Source of the DNA: an uncultured virus (IMG/VR IMGVR_UViG_3300043418_000182)
Taxonomy: Duplodnaviria > Heunggongvirae > Uroviricota > Caudoviricetes > Schitoviridae
Strand: one strand, 5' to 3'
Length of the DNA: 64,000 nucleotides
Virus record (IMG/VR): IMGVR_UViG_3300043418_000182
The position numbers were made by a program, and so were the translations under genes. Every line of letters starts with the position of its first letter. The first letter of the stretch is position 1. Shown one piece after another: positions 27,985 through 37,978 of the stretch. A model generated the notes under the pieces. It searched no databases, was not told the origin of the DNA, and saw only the letters and a program-made list of their open reading frames with translations.

Positions 27985-28268
27985 AGGCCCGCCTCGAATC
28001 GACGCTGCAACAGCAGGTAGCCTTCCAGCTCCCAAATCTTGTTGAACGCACGCTCATAGGCGTACTTCTCACCCAAGGCTTGGTTGTATGCAGCAGGATC
28101 AACGCAAGCGCTGGTGCCGGTCACAGTACAACCGTTTTCTAAAGTAAGTTGGCAAACCGTAGTGGTCGTTCCTTCAAGACGATGAAAAATCGTCATCTTG
28201 ATTTTGCGTTCCATGTCGGTCACCGTCACCCGGCTAGGGATCTGATTTTCTTGTGGTTGTTCAGTCAT
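27981..28268 (-). CDS. Phage_gp49_66 family protein (Acb4-like nucleotide sponge candidate)
   Basis: TVCQLTLENGCTVTGTSACVDPAAYNQALGEKYA..AFNKIWELEGYLL signature. Confidence 0.8.
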   Translation of the reverse strand: MTEQPQENQIPSRVTVTDMERKIKMTIFHRLEGTTTTVCQLTLENGCTVTGTSACVDPAAYNQALGEKYAYERAFNKIWELEGYLLLQRRFEAGL

Positions 28269-28284
28269 GTGGTCTTTCTAAGAG

Positions 28285-28352
28285 TGCGGCCTACTTGCTG
28301 GGATGCAGAGAATAGTTGCCCACCCTCTGACAGCACTCGGCTTTTGACCGCA
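28285..28352 (-). ncRNA. structured leader upstream of the gp49/Acb4-like gene
   Basis: TGCGGTC/GGCCGCA outer stem, AGTA bulge, TGCTG/CAGCA stem, CAGAGGGTGG-GCAA-CTATTCTCTG GNRA hairpin. Confidence 0.5.
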
Positions 28353-28360
28353 TGAGGGAA

Positions 28361-28540
28361 TTACGCCGTCTGCCCATCTCCGGGAGGAGTCGGTGCGGAC
28401 GGTGGTGTCACTTGAGCAGACACCTGTGCTTGGATCGTGTTGATGATGCCAACGAGATCATTGGCCTTGGAGTTCAAGGCTGACATGATGTTGCCGGCGT
28501 CATTCAACGAAACCTGTAGGGTAATTTGAGGAGATGTCAT
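28361..28540 (-). CDS. 59-aa hypothetical protein (MTSPQITLQVSLNDAGNIMSALNSKAND...)
   Basis: Read manually; AGGAAC RBS; missing from the ORF track. Confidence 0.6.
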   Translation of the reverse strand: MTSPQITLQVSLNDAGNIMSALNSKANDLVGIINTIQAQVSAQVTPPSAPTPPGDGQTA

Positions 28541-28603
28541 GGAGTTCCTAGGAGGTTGGGGAGAAGGGTGATGTCAGTGTTGCCATCACCCTTTGCTGAG
28601 CTA

Positions 28604-29338
28604 TTAAGCAAACAAGCTAGTTGTAGGCTTCTTGGCTGCAGCAGGTGCACCAGCAGCCTTAGGTGCGCCGGCAGTACCGGTTGCACCCTTGACTTTGTTC
28701 TTCACTGTGCCTGTGAACTTAGCGTCCCAGGTATCAGCAAAGGTAGCTGTTTCAGCTTGAGCACGGATCTCAGCAGTGGTCATGCGATCGCGCGCACGGA
28801 ACAGCTTGTCGATCTCGTTCTCATCACGAGTTTCACCAGTGGCTTCATACACACCAGTGGATTCGTTTTTCTTGGTCTTGTCGACGGTCTGGCGGATCAA
28901 ACCAACAATGATGTCGGTACCAATCAGATCCATCAACATTTCGACTTTGGTGGGCACTTCAGCTTTGGCTTCGGCCGAGTACACGTTCACCACTTTGGTT
29001 TCGGTTTCCAACGAAGCAATCTCTTTGCCCACAGTCAACAGAGCCAAGCTGTTGGCATGGTTGAAGCCAGGAAGGTAATGCTTCTCGCCGTCTTTCTCGT
29101 AGTAGTTCTTGCAGCCTTTGGCGGTGCCAGAAGTCATCCACAAGGTTTGACGGATTTCTTTGCCTGCTTCAGTCTTGAGGTTCAAGACCAAGCCCATAGC
29201 ACCACCAGCTGATTTGCTGATGTAAGCCAAGGCTACTTTGGCTGCGTACAAGCCAGAGTCCAGAGGGCCACTGCCGCCTACGGAATCTTTTTCTTCGGCG
29301 ATGGACGAGTCGGTGGCGAGGGATGCGAGTAATGACAT
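28604..29338 (-). CDS. ssb: single-stranded DNA-binding protein (N4 gp45-like)
   Basis: EKDSVGG.GPLDSGLY, YLPGF, NEIDKLF and a C-terminal KKPTTSLFA like the N4SSB activation tail. Confidence 0.9.
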   Translation of the reverse strand: MSLLASLATDSSIAEEKDSVGGSGPLDSGLYAAKVALAYISKSAGGAMGLVLNLKTEAGKEIRQTLWMTSGTAKGCKNYYEKDGEKHYLPGFNHANSLALLTVGKEIASLETETKVVNVYSAEAKAEVPTKVEMLMDLIGTDIIVGLIRQTVDKTKKNESTGVYEATGETRDENEIDKLFRARDRMTTAEIRAQAETATFADTWDAKFTGTVKNKVKGATGTAGAPKAAGAPAAAKKPTTSLFA

Positions 29339-29382
29339 GATGTGTTTTCTTTCAAGTTTGGTTTAGTTTGGTTTCACCACGC

Positions 29383-30108
29383 TTATGCGTAGTACTCTTT
29401 CAGTCGGTTCAGAACCAACTGAATGTTGTTGTCGATAAAAGTTTCCTTTGTATCGAACAACCCTAGAGGACCACGCAGACGTTCGTTGACCGTCTCCTTC
29501 GTGATCTTGGTTTGGAAGACATACTTGAATCCAAGTGCTTCCTCTTCAGGAGTAATGGTCAGAAGATCTGACCCGTAATCCTTCAGATTTTTAAGGGCTA
29601 CTTTTTTCGAGGCAATGACCACGGTGAAGTAACTCTCAATGCCGTTGTTTTTCAACGAGCCTTTCACAGGCACCTTCGTCTCCATCAGCATTTCTGACTC
29701 ATTCAATGTGTCGGAAGTGTGAGCAGTAAAGATGATCTGCTTCGTAGAGCGAGCAACAAACTGCTGCATCAATGTCTTGTAGTACTGGGAGAATTGCCCC
29801 CAGGCCTGCATGCCATTGCTGCTGTTCAGCACGTAGACGCTCTCGTACATGTCCAGCAAGTAGGTCAAGCTGTCCACAACGATGGTGTGAATTTGTGGTT
29901 GGGTCTCCGCCCAATCAAATGCCTCGTTAATCTGAAGCGGGTCAGTGACCGTCTTCTGAATAAACTTGGCTCTGAAGGGAAGTTTCTTACCAGCTTCACA
30001 GTTGAGATAGAGAACGCCTTCCGGGTTCTCCAATCCCATCAACGATGCGGACTTGCCTGTTGCAGACTTGCCGCACAGTAGGACCAGATGGTCATTGGTT
30101 TCGGACAT
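29383..30108 (-). CDS. AAA ATPase (N4 gp44-like, Sak4-type)
   Basis: GKSATGKS Walker A, IVVDSLT Walker B; synteny. Confidence 0.88.
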   Translation of the reverse strand: MSETNDHLVLLCGKSATGKSASLMGLENPEGVLYLNCEAGKKLPFRAKFIQKTVTDPLQINEAFDWAETQPQIHTIVVDSLTYLLDMYESVYVLNSSNGMQAWGQFSQYYKTLMQQFVARSTKQIIFTAHTSDTLNESEMLMETKVPVKGSLKNNGIESYFTVVIASKKVALKNLKDYGSDLLTITPEEEALGFKYVFQTKITKETVNERLRGPLGLFDTKETFIDNNIQLVLNRLKEYYA

Positions 30109-30151
30109 GGGTTTCCTTGTTTAGTTTTTCACGAAAGCGCACGGAGGCGCA

Positions 30152-32293
30152 TTACCGTTTAGAGATGGCCTTGGCAACCGAGATCATGATGGTGCTCATG
30201 ATTTCAGCTTCGTCCAGCTTGTCGACGATCTTCTCGTTCAGTGATGTCACTCGTTGGCGGATTGCCTCAAAGTCGAAACCACCATCCATCAAGATCATGG
30301 CAAAGCGCAGCAACATGTTGTTGCGGTTGCCGTCACCGATGTTGTTGATCACCCAACGCTCCAGGTTGTCCATGGAGTGCTGTGAGTTCAACAGCTCTTT
30401 GCGCTCTTCGTTCTTGCTGGTCTTCGGAATGAAGGGCAAGGCGTCGAGCACCTCACCATCGTTGTACTCATAGTGGCCGTCGTTAGACATCCACTTGCGT
30501 GCACGTTGGTTGGTTGCTGTGTCCACTTCGAATGGCAGCCATTCGTAGATGTTGGACATGAACTCTTTGTAGTCCTTGGCATCGAGTGACAACTCATAGT
30601 TGATCGGCAAGACAATTCGGAAACGGTTTTCTTCTTCGGTGTGGCGCTTGGTCGTGTAGATCAAGTACTTGTAGTTCTTCAACAGCAACTTCACAGTGCT
30701 GATGTTGACGCCACCATCAACGTCGATCACCACCAGGTTGAAACCTGGAATGCAGTTCTCTTCGTTGCGGTAACCACCATTTAGATGATGGGCCACCCAA
30801 TGCAAGCCCGGTGCTTGAGTCAGCTTGTGCAACTGGTCAAACGGAGCATGCTCATTGCGGTAGTCAGTGGTGATGTCCGTGCTGTAGCTCAACACCATTT
30901 TGGAGATGTCAGTCTCCTTCAGTGTTTCGCCGCGCAAGAACTCGATACCATCAGAAAAAGCTTTCTTGATGATGATGTTGTTCTTGTAGCCCCATGCTGT
31001 GGCCAAAGTCAGCATCTCAGTTTTCTGAGATGTTGCACCGCGATAAAACGGCAAGTCTTCAGTCAGGTCAGCCTGGGTGACATCACGTTTGGTGGAACCA
31101 AGGTACTTGGCCAACTTCACGTAAGCACGATCACGAGTCAACAACTTGTTGAACGCTTCACCGGATTCTTCACACAGCTTGATGGCTTGGTACAGATGGT
31201 TTTCAGTCAACTCAGGTGAGTCGTCCACAAACGCATAAGCACCAGCCAACTTCAATGCTTTGAAGTAGCGATGGGAGATCTCGGCTTTTTTGATCTCTTC
31301 GTGCTCAGGGTACAGCTCGGCTTCACGTTCGCACTTGATGCGGTACTCGATCAGTACCAAGCTGGTTTCCTTGCTCATCACCAAACGTTTGTTTACGTTG
31401 ATGATGTCGGCCAAGCCTTCAAGCTTGTCAGAGATCTCGTCCAGATACGTGTTGCTGTCCTGGTTGGTGAGTTGCAGATAGATCTGCTCAGGCGTTTGAT
31501 CGTTGGTTTTGTTGCTTGCTCGGCTGTAGCCAAAGAAGCATCGACGCGCGTAGCCCGTCTCCAACATCGAGTACAACTCTTCCTCAGTCTTGCTGCCGTT
31601 AAGCAACTTGGCTGGGGTGCCGAAGAGCATCATGTTGGTCGGAGTGCGGCCAACGATTTCTTCATTGCGAGTGTTCTCGGCCGTGTTCTTGATCAACTTT
31701 TGTTTGATCAGGCCCACGTCATACAGCTCCAAGAATGTGTTGAGCACATCCACGTTGCCGATCAGGTTGGAACCAATCTCATCAATCTGCAAGTTCACGG
31801 AACCTGCATCAGCCATCAGCAACTTGTGACGCATCTGCTTCACCGCTGCCGGCGTACCTGAGTCAAAGCTGAACACCAAAGAACCGAGTCCATCAAATTC
31901 TTTCTGGATGCGCACCAGCTCTTCATCGGGATCTGTACTTTTGCGGTTGGCTCGCTTCAAAGCAAGCTTGGGCAAATTGTTCTCAGCCAGAATGGGGAAA
32001 GTCTCTTCAAGAAAACGTCCACGAAACTGGTTGATCACCTGGTTCTCCATGATGTTGGTGGAGAAGCCTTTGCCCGAACCAGAGGTGCTCAGGTTCAGTG
32101 CATACATGTTCACGGGGATGTCCCCACGATCATGTGTGACGATGGTGGTTCGCATCATCGACGCTACGAGGCTAAAGTAATAGCCAACCAGTACACGAAA
32201 GAACAGCGGGTTGCTGTTTTGAGTTTTGCTGCACAGGATTTGCACAAGCTTTTCGGAGGCTGGGTGGTACTCCATTTCTTCGAATGTTTTCAT
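30152..32293 (-). CDS. DNA primase / primase-helicase (N4 gp43-like)
   Basis: SGSGKG P-loop, VIDVDG and YTTKRH AEP-type motifs, GNRNNMLLR PriCT-like tail. Confidence 0.88.
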   Translation of the reverse strand: MKTFEEMEYHPASEKLVQILCSKTQNSNPLFFRVLVGYYFSLVASMMRTTIVTHDRGDIPVNMYALNLSTSGSGKGFSTNIMENQVINQFRGRFLEETFPILAENNLPKLALKRANRKSTDPDEELVRIQKEFDGLGSLVFSFDSGTPAAVKQMRHKLLMADAGSVNLQIDEIGSNLIGNVDVLNTFLELYDVGLIKQKLIKNTAENTRNEEIVGRTPTNMMLFGTPAKLLNGSKTEEELYSMLETGYARRCFFGYSRASNKTNDQTPEQIYLQLTNQDSNTYLDEISDKLEGLADIINVNKRLVMSKETSLVLIEYRIKCEREAELYPEHEEIKKAEISHRYFKALKLAGAYAFVDDSPELTENHLYQAIKLCEESGEAFNKLLTRDRAYVKLAKYLGSTKRDVTQADLTEDLPFYRGATSQKTEMLTLATAWGYKNNIIIKKAFSDGIEFLRGETLKETDISKMVLSYSTDITTDYRNEHAPFDQLHKLTQAPGLHWVAHHLNGGYRNEENCIPGFNLVVIDVDGGVNISTVKLLLKNYKYLIYTTKRHTEEENRFRIVLPINYELSLDAKDYKEFMSNIYEWLPFEVDTATNQRARKWMSNDGHYEYNDGEVLDALPFIPKTSKNEERKELLNSQHSMDNLERWVINNIGDGNRNNMLLRFAMILMDGGFDFEAIRQRVTSLNEKIVDKLDEAEIMSTIMISVAKAISKR

Positions 32294-32311
32294 TGAAGTC
32301 TTTCAGTTGGT

Positions 32312-33295
32312 TTAGATAATGAGATCACCTGCAGCGACCAGTTGGTCTTTTTGTGCACAAGCCATGAAGGCTGGGCAGTATTTGCAAGCGGTGACTTGGC
32401 CAGGAACTTCTTTGACAATGCCGACGTTGCCGTCTTCGATAAGTCGAAGCTGAGCGTCTTGCATGGTTTCAAAATTCTTGGTGGAACGGGCAGTTTTCAG
32501 CGGGTTCTTGTAGTACTTGAACTGTGGTTCTGAGCGCCACAACTCTGTGTCGTCGCATTGAGGAATGTCTTCCTCAGCGGCGTCCCAGTACTGCTCGATG
32601 AGGGCAATCTTTTGACGAATGAAGCCCTCGGTAGCTTCCATAGACATCAGCTCAAAAGACTGCGTATGAAAGCGTTTGGGTGGGTACGTTGGATCGGACT
32701 TGGCCATTGCACCTTTCCAGTCGGTAAAGATGTAGTGAATGTCCATCCGATCTTGCGTGATCTTCTTGGGATCCAGCCAGCGGTAGATGCTGCCTTGCTG
32801 GGTGTACTTGTCCGCACCGGTCTGCTTTTTGTAGGTGAAGGTGCCGGTGGACTTGAAGTCTTGAACCTTGCCTTCACCGATGAAGTCAAACTTGCCTGTG
32901 ACTTTCCATTTGCCCAGTTGACGGCTTAGACGTTGCTCAAGGTAAATGGGAATGATGTCGTCGGTAAGTTCGCTTGGCTCAGGATTGATGCGCACACGGT
33001 CAATAACGCGCTGAGGCAGGCCGAGGGCTTGCATGGCAACTTTGTGGTTGGTCTTCCATGCTGTGTCGATGCCGTCATGAATGGCGGTACCCATACGGCT
33101 GCTCATCATGTCAGCCAGGTTGACCAGACCTTCTCCGGCAGGAACGCGGTTAGGCAAGATGATCTGTCGGAGTGGTTTCAGCAGTGTGGTGGCACTGATG
33201 GTGAAAGGATCTGGATCGTGATCGTAGTTGTCACTGGCAAGAAATACGGCCAGTGCCAAAGGCACTTCGGAAACGTTGGCATAAAGAGCAGACAT
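32312..33295 (-). CDS. PD-(D/E)XK exonuclease (N4 gp42-like)
   Basis: ISATTLLKP, GTAIHD, GKFD...DFKST and C-terminal CKYC..C. Confidence 0.85.
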   Translation of the reverse strand: MSALYANVSEVPLALAVFLASDNYDHDPDPFTISATTLLKPLRQIILPNRVPAGEGLVNLADMMSSRMGTAIHDGIDTAWKTNHKVAMQALGLPQRVIDRVRINPEPSELTDDIIPIYLEQRLSRQLGKWKVTGKFDFIGEGKVQDFKSTGTFTYKKQTGADKYTQQGSIYRWLDPKKITQDRMDIHYIFTDWKGAMAKSDPTYPPKRFHTQSFELMSMEATEGFIRQKIALIEQYWDAAEEDIPQCDDTELWRSEPQFKYYKNPLKTARSTKNFETMQDAQLRLIEDGNVGIVKEVPGQVTACKYCPAFMACAQKDQLVAAGDLII

Positions 33296-33338
33296 GGGGG
33301 ACCTTTTTAAGTTTTTCAAGCAAGCGGGGGGAACCCGC

Positions 33339-33689
33339 TTACGGGGTTGTGGTTTGTAGTTGGATCCAGCGAGTAAGCGTGTCCCGCGCTTCGGTGATGT
33401 CCTTTAAAGCGGACTTGCCACCGGTACGGGCACCTGAGAGCAACAGCTTCTTGCTGGCGTGCTGGATGGCCCCTGAGGGGTCTTGAATGTCAAAGAGCTG
33501 GTGCACGGCATACACGTCGATCTCTTTGAGATCGCCCACGGGTTTGTAGTACTGAGGGTATTTTTCGGCCATGGTTGGCTCTTTGGTTTTTTGGTTCAAC
33601 GTGCTGTCACACATTGCACAAAAATCTTTGTAATGGCTGGCTGGCAATCGGGAACTGCATCCCAATGCTCTGCATGGTTTCGAGTCCAT
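33339..33689 (-). CDS. hypothetical protein: N-terminal Cys4 motif plus DUF3310-like domain
   Basis: CRALGC...CAMC, then IDVY...QHASKKLL..G.R.GGK...DI.EA; strong AGAAAGGA RBS. Confidence 0.65.
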   Translation of the reverse strand: MDSKPCRALGCSSRLPASHYKDFCAMCDSTLNQKTKEPTMAEKYPQYYKPVGDLKEIDVYAVHQLFDIQDPSGAIQHASKKLLLSGARTGGKSALKDITEARDTLTRWIQLQTTTP

Positions 33690-33709
33690 GTCTTTCCTTT
33701 CTGGTGAAT

Positions 33710-33734
33710 AAAAAGAGCCCCCGAAGGGGCTCTC
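33710..33734 (-). terminator. intrinsic terminator after nrdJ
   Basis: Minus strand AGAGCCCC-TTCG-GGGGCTCT followed by TTTT. Confidence 0.85.
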
Positions 33735-33750
33735 TCAATTGCGGATGTGT

Positions 33751-35691
33751 TTAAAGAATTTCACACACACCTGCGGTACAAGCCAACTCTTTGGTGTTAA
33801 CCGTGGAGTCGTCTTTCTCAAACTGAGCCAAAGCAGCCCAGTCGAATGCTGGCATCTTGGCCAACAAGGCTTCGTACTCAGCCTGCGTGCACTCGGTGTA
33901 CGGCGCTTGCTTGTAGCTGTGATCGCTATGAGGCAAGAAACTGACACCCGCAATGCGGTCAAAGTGGCGATACACCCAGTCACCCACACCCATCCATTCG
34001 TGATCCTTCACGTAGACGGTGATAGAGACGTTGTGCTCAGTCCACTCTTCTTGCAGCATCAAGTAATGCTCCAACTGCTCCAAAGCAGTACGGTCATTAC
34101 GGAACACTGCATGGCTAGGTGCCTGCACTGGAAAGCTGAAGATGTCAGTGGAGTGTGGCTTCATTGCACAGTCTTCGACAGGGAAACCTTGTTCACGCAT
34201 GAGTTGCGCAAGCGGATCTTTCTTGTCTGCACGGACTGTGCGAATGTAGTACTCAGAGTAGCGGGGATGGATACCCGATGCGCTGTCTACCAGCTGAGAC
34301 ACTGTTCCGCTTGGCTTCACAGTGGTAATGGCCGCTGCTTGGTTAATGCCCAGCTTGTCTGCCCATTCCTTGTTCACTGCAATGGCTTTGGCTTTCATTG
34401 CGCGCAGCCAGTCAATGGCAGTGCGGTCAGTGCAGCTAAGCACTGGGTGATCCATGATGCCGGTCAAGCTCACACCCAACAGACGTTCTTCTTCCTGGTT
34501 CTGTTTCCAGATAGGGCGGACATGGCGGAAATTGGTCAACATCGCCTGGTAGGTACCAATGATGGTGGCCACTTCAACCTTGGACAGCAAATCGCTCAAA
34601 GTGTCTTCCTTGCGGATGACCACTTCAGACAAGTTGCACACACCGGCTGAACGCAGGGTGATCTCGGCACATGGGTTGGTGCCCACGATTTTGGTGTGAT
34701 CACGGCGACCTGATTCGATGGCTTTGTTGATGGCAGCTTGGCGGTTGAAAATGCCACGCTCACCAGACTTGGATTCGATCAGGCTCAGCCATTCCTTCAT
34801 GAAGAGCTCCATACCAGGGCGCTCCGTGTAGGCTGCTGAGTTGTTGGCCAAAGCACGCTGAGGATCGATGACCCACCATTGGCCGTTCTTGGCACCACGC
34901 ATGCGATCGTCGCTGAGGTTGCTCAACGAGATCAATGCGCTGCGGCGAACACCACCCACAACCACGATGTCAGCGATCTTGCACACTAGGTCATGGCATT
35001 CGATGGAGGTGAGCTTGCGGCCCACAGCACCTTTGAATGTCTCGACACAAAAGTTGAACAAATCAACCAATGGCTGAGGGCCACTGGCTCGGCCGCCGAA
35101 AGTTTTCAGCTTGGCACCGGCTGGGCGGATCTGGCTCATGTCCCACTTGGGGATGTGGCCGGCGTACAAGTGGGTAAGCAACTGGCGAAGAGCCATCGAC
35201 CAGCCACCTTTGGAGTCACGCACTTCGATGACATCGTCAACGGGAGTGAGATGATCTTGGCAGCTGATCACTGGTTTACCGTCACCATCAAAGGCGACTT
35301 GAATACCAATGATTGGCAGCTTGGCGATGAACTGACGTTCCACCGAGAAGCCAGCTCCGGTACCGCACATCAAGATGTAGAGGATGTCATCAAAGGCTCG
35401 GATGTCATCGACTGCAGTAAACGAGCAGTTGTAGCCAGCCATGGGGTCACGCTCTAAAGCGGGGCCTGCTGTCATCAACGCGCGCATTGAAGGCATGGTC
35501 TTTGTGCTGACGATTGCTTCGTAAATCTGTTCTGTGGGGTAGTGCGGGAACTTGCCACTGAAGTAGGTCACATAGCGTCGACATGTTTCTTCCCAAGTTT
35601 CACGACGTTGTTCGCTGTCAATCCATCGGGCGTATCGACTCTTGTGAACGTACTCCTGAAGTGGGGTGGGCAGATGGTTTTCTAATGTCAT
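33751..35691 (-). CDS. nrdJ: class II (B12-dependent) ribonucleotide reductase, monomeric RTPR type
   Basis: PSMRAL, YNCSF, GGRASGPQPL, GTNPCAEI, TTVKPSGTVS and C-terminal CTAGVCEI; no NrdB partner gene. Confidence 0.92.
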   Translation of the reverse strand: MTLENHLPTPLQEYVHKSRYARWIDSEQRRETWEETCRRYVTYFSGKFPHYPTEQIYEAIVSTKTMPSMRALMTAGPALERDPMAGYNCSFTAVDDIRAFDDILYILMCGTGAGFSVERQFIAKLPIIGIQVAFDGDGKPVISCQDHLTPVDDVIEVRDSKGGWSMALRQLLTHLYAGHIPKWDMSQIRPAGAKLKTFGGRASGPQPLVDLFNFCVETFKGAVGRKLTSIECHDLVCKIADIVVVGGVRRSALISLSNLSDDRMRGAKNGQWWVIDPQRALANNSAAYTERPGMELFMKEWLSLIESKSGERGIFNRQAAINKAIESGRRDHTKIVGTNPCAEITLRSAGVCNLSEVVIRKEDTLSDLLSKVEVATIIGTYQAMLTNFRHVRPIWKQNQEEERLLGVSLTGIMDHPVLSCTDRTAIDWLRAMKAKAIAVNKEWADKLGINQAAAITTVKPSGTVSQLVDSASGIHPRYSEYYIRTVRADKKDPLAQLMREQGFPVEDCAMKPHSTDIFSFPVQAPSHAVFRNDRTALEQLEHYLMLQEEWTEHNVSITVYVKDHEWMGVGDWVYRHFDRIAGVSFLPHSDHSYKQAPYTECTQAEYEALLAKMPAFDWAALAQFEKDDSTVNTKELACTAGVCEIL

Positions 35692-35800
35692 CTAGGGGTG
35701 CTTTCAATTCCTGGGATAAAAAAAGAGCCAAAGCTTCCCCAGGAGAACTGGAAACCTTGGCCCTATGGATGGGGGATCAGAGTTTACTGGCTTTGGGTTT

Positions 35801-36538
35801 TCAGTATGCGCCTTGAGTCAATGCCGACCAAGAAACTGGGAATAGTGGCTTAATAATCTCATCGACTTGAGAAGCTAATTCCTGGATCTCTTTTTGAGCA
35901 TGGGAATCGGAGCGCTGGTTGTAAAAATTGGCAAAGGCATACAGAGAGCCAGTCCAGACCCAATTGACCTCACAACCTTGGGGCAGCATAAAGCGCGCTT
36001 GCTCTGGGCACACGCCGTCTAGGATGGCTTCTTCATAGGCTTCAACCATCTGGTTGCAGTCAGCCCAATAGCGTGCCAACCAGTAAGCATTGCGTGGATG
36101 AACCCCTGCTGAGCCTTGTTTGACACTGGCTGCAGCTGCACGGATGTGATCTGGGACATAGATTTCAGGGCGGCTGGAGATGTAACGACGAGACTCCTCA
36201 GACTCCACAAAGCCAACTTTATGCTTAAAGCACTGGACTCGGATGGGAATTGGGGCTGTCATGCGCAAAGTGACGTGCGGGTGACCGAAGGGCACCCAAT
36301 GCTCGGGAATCTTGCGCAGATAGACCGCCAAGTCTTTTCGACTTTTGGGAGTCAATGGCGTAGCCATCTGATCAATCAGCTTTTCCCAATCACCGCTGGC
36401 CATGCCACGAGCCAGGAATCGAATCAGGTTGTTGTTCTGGTCTTCGCTGAATTGGTCAGCCAAGGTGGCAAAGGATTGGCGAGCGTAGTTGGCTACATCA
36501 CGATCGGTGAGATAGTGGTTTTCGTAGGTGGCTTTCAT
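35801..36538 (-). CDS. thyX: FAD-dependent thymidylate synthase
   Basis: VANYARQSF, HWVPFGH, RVQCFKH...SEESRRY, PEQARFMLPQ, R...HAQKEI. Confidence 0.9.
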   Translation of the reverse strand: MKATYENHYLTDRDVANYARQSFATLADQFSEDQNNNLIRFLARGMASGDWEKLIDQMATPLTPKSRKDLAVYLRKIPEHWVPFGHPHVTLRMTAPIPIRVQCFKHKVGFVESEESRRYISSRPEIYVPDHIRAAAASVKQGSAGVHPRNAYWLARYWADCNQMVEAYEEAILDGVCPEQARFMLPQGCEVNWVWTGSLYAFANFYNQRSDSHAQKEIQELASQVDEIIKPLFPVSWSALTQGAY

Positions 36539-36602
36539 GGGTTCTTTCAGGTTGGTTTAGAAATAAGGGAAAATGCTGTCAATTACATTCGAAGGGTCTT
36601 AA

Positions 36603-37700
36603 ATGACTTGCTCAACAGATACGTGTGGTGTGGGCGGCTGGTCTGGCCCGCTACCAGGGGATCCAGACAACAACTTAATCCTGTCCGCAACACCTGCGTT
36701 CGGGGGTATTGATGTGTCTTGGAACTACCCAGCCACCAACCCTGAGGCAGTGGCTTATGTGAAGTTGTACCGTGGTTTGTTGCCAAGCTTTGGGGCGGCA
36801 ATCTTAATCGCCAATGTGGGTGGCAACACTTACTACGATAAAAGCCAGACAAACCAAGCCATTGATTACTACTACTGGATTGAAATGGTTTCGGTCAATG
36901 GCACTGTGGGTGCTTTGATTGGCCCAGCAAATGCCACAGCTCGTCCAACCATTGATGCCATGATTGAGCAGTTGACTGGACAGATTGATGCAGGTGTTTT
37001 GGCTCAGTCTTTGAAAGCCAAGATTGATCAGATCACTTTAAATGCTCAAGCGATCGTCACGGAATCCCAGACCAGGGCTACGGCCGACGATGCGTACAGC
37101 ACATTGATGACCCAAGTGCAGGCCGGAGTGGCCAGTTTGTACTCAACAGTGCAAACAGAAATCACCACTCGCCAGGCAGGCGACTCTACGTTGGCCTCAG
37201 CCATCAACACCGTTCAAAGCACGTTTGGAACTAATCTGGCTTCGGCACAGACAACATTGCAAACCAACATCAACATTGTTGATGGCAAAGTGCATGACAT
37301 TGGTGCGCGCTACACAGCAACAGTCACTGTCAATGGTTTGGTGGGTGGCTTTGGGGTTTACAACGATGGGTCTTCAGTGGAAGCTGGCTTTGACGTTGAC
37401 ACTTTCTGGGTAGGCAAAACCAGTCTCAACAAGAAAAAGCCCTTCATCATTTCTGGTGGTGAAACGTTCATCAACCAGGCTGTGATTGCTTCAGCCAGTA
37501 TTGACATTGCCAAAATCAACAAAGCCACAATCTTGAATTTGTCTGCTTTGAACGCCGACATGGGCAGCATCACTGCTGGCAATATTCGTTTTGAAAAGCC
37601 GGGTGATCCTACTAGTGCAATCATCATGGACAAAGCAACCCAGACTTTGACAGTCTGGAATGCTGGGGTTATGCGAGTCAAATTGGGTAACTTGGCATGA
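36603..37700 (+). CDS. tail tip / fiber protein (FN3-like N-terminus, coiled coil, DUF1983-like C-terminus)
   Basis: YYYWIEMVSVNG; GGFG...F.VDTF...KPFII.GG.TFIN.A.I; ends RVKLGNL like lambda J-type C-termini. Confidence 0.75.
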   Translation: MTCSTDTCGVGGWSGPLPGDPDNNLILSATPAFGGIDVSWNYPATNPEAVAYVKLYRGLLPSFGAAILIANVGGNTYYDKSQTNQAIDYYYWIEMVSVNGTVGALIGPANATARPTIDAMIEQLTGQIDAGVLAQSLKAKIDQITLNAQAIVTESQTRATADDAYSTLMTQVQAGVASLYSTVQTEITTRQAGDSTLASAINTVQSTFGTNLASAQTTLQTNINIVDGKVHDIGARYTATVTVNGLVGGFGVYNDGSSVEAGFDVDTFWVGKTSLNKKKPFIISGGETFINQAVIASASIDIAKINKATILNLSALNADMGSITAGNIRFEKPGDPTSAIIMDKATQTLTVWNAGVMRVKLGNLA

Positions 37701-37978
37701 CCTTTGGCTTAGAAATCTTTAAAGCCAATGGTGGCTTGGGTTACTCCACAGCTGATGTGACATGGAACCAGGTCGATTTCTTTTATGTGGCTGCTAACGG
37801 AAGCGAAACCCGCACTTTGCCAGCTTTGTCTGGCCGTCAGGTTTTGGCTGTGCAGTCTTTCATTAACCCTCCGCCTAACGATCGCAAAGCACTTGCGCAC
37901 AACGTGGTGGTCAGCGGTACTACGGTGACAGCCAGCGGTGGCACTGAGGCTGCTTACATTTTGGTTTTAATGAGATGA
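37697..37978 (+). CDS. small tail-tip-associated protein
   Basis: MTFGLEIF start typical of genes following J-like tips; beta-rich. Confidence 0.6.
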   Translation: MTFGLEIFKANGGLGYSTADVTWNQVDFFYVAANGSETRTLPALSGRQVLAVQSFINPPPNDRKALAHNVVVSGTTVTASGGTEAAYILVLMR

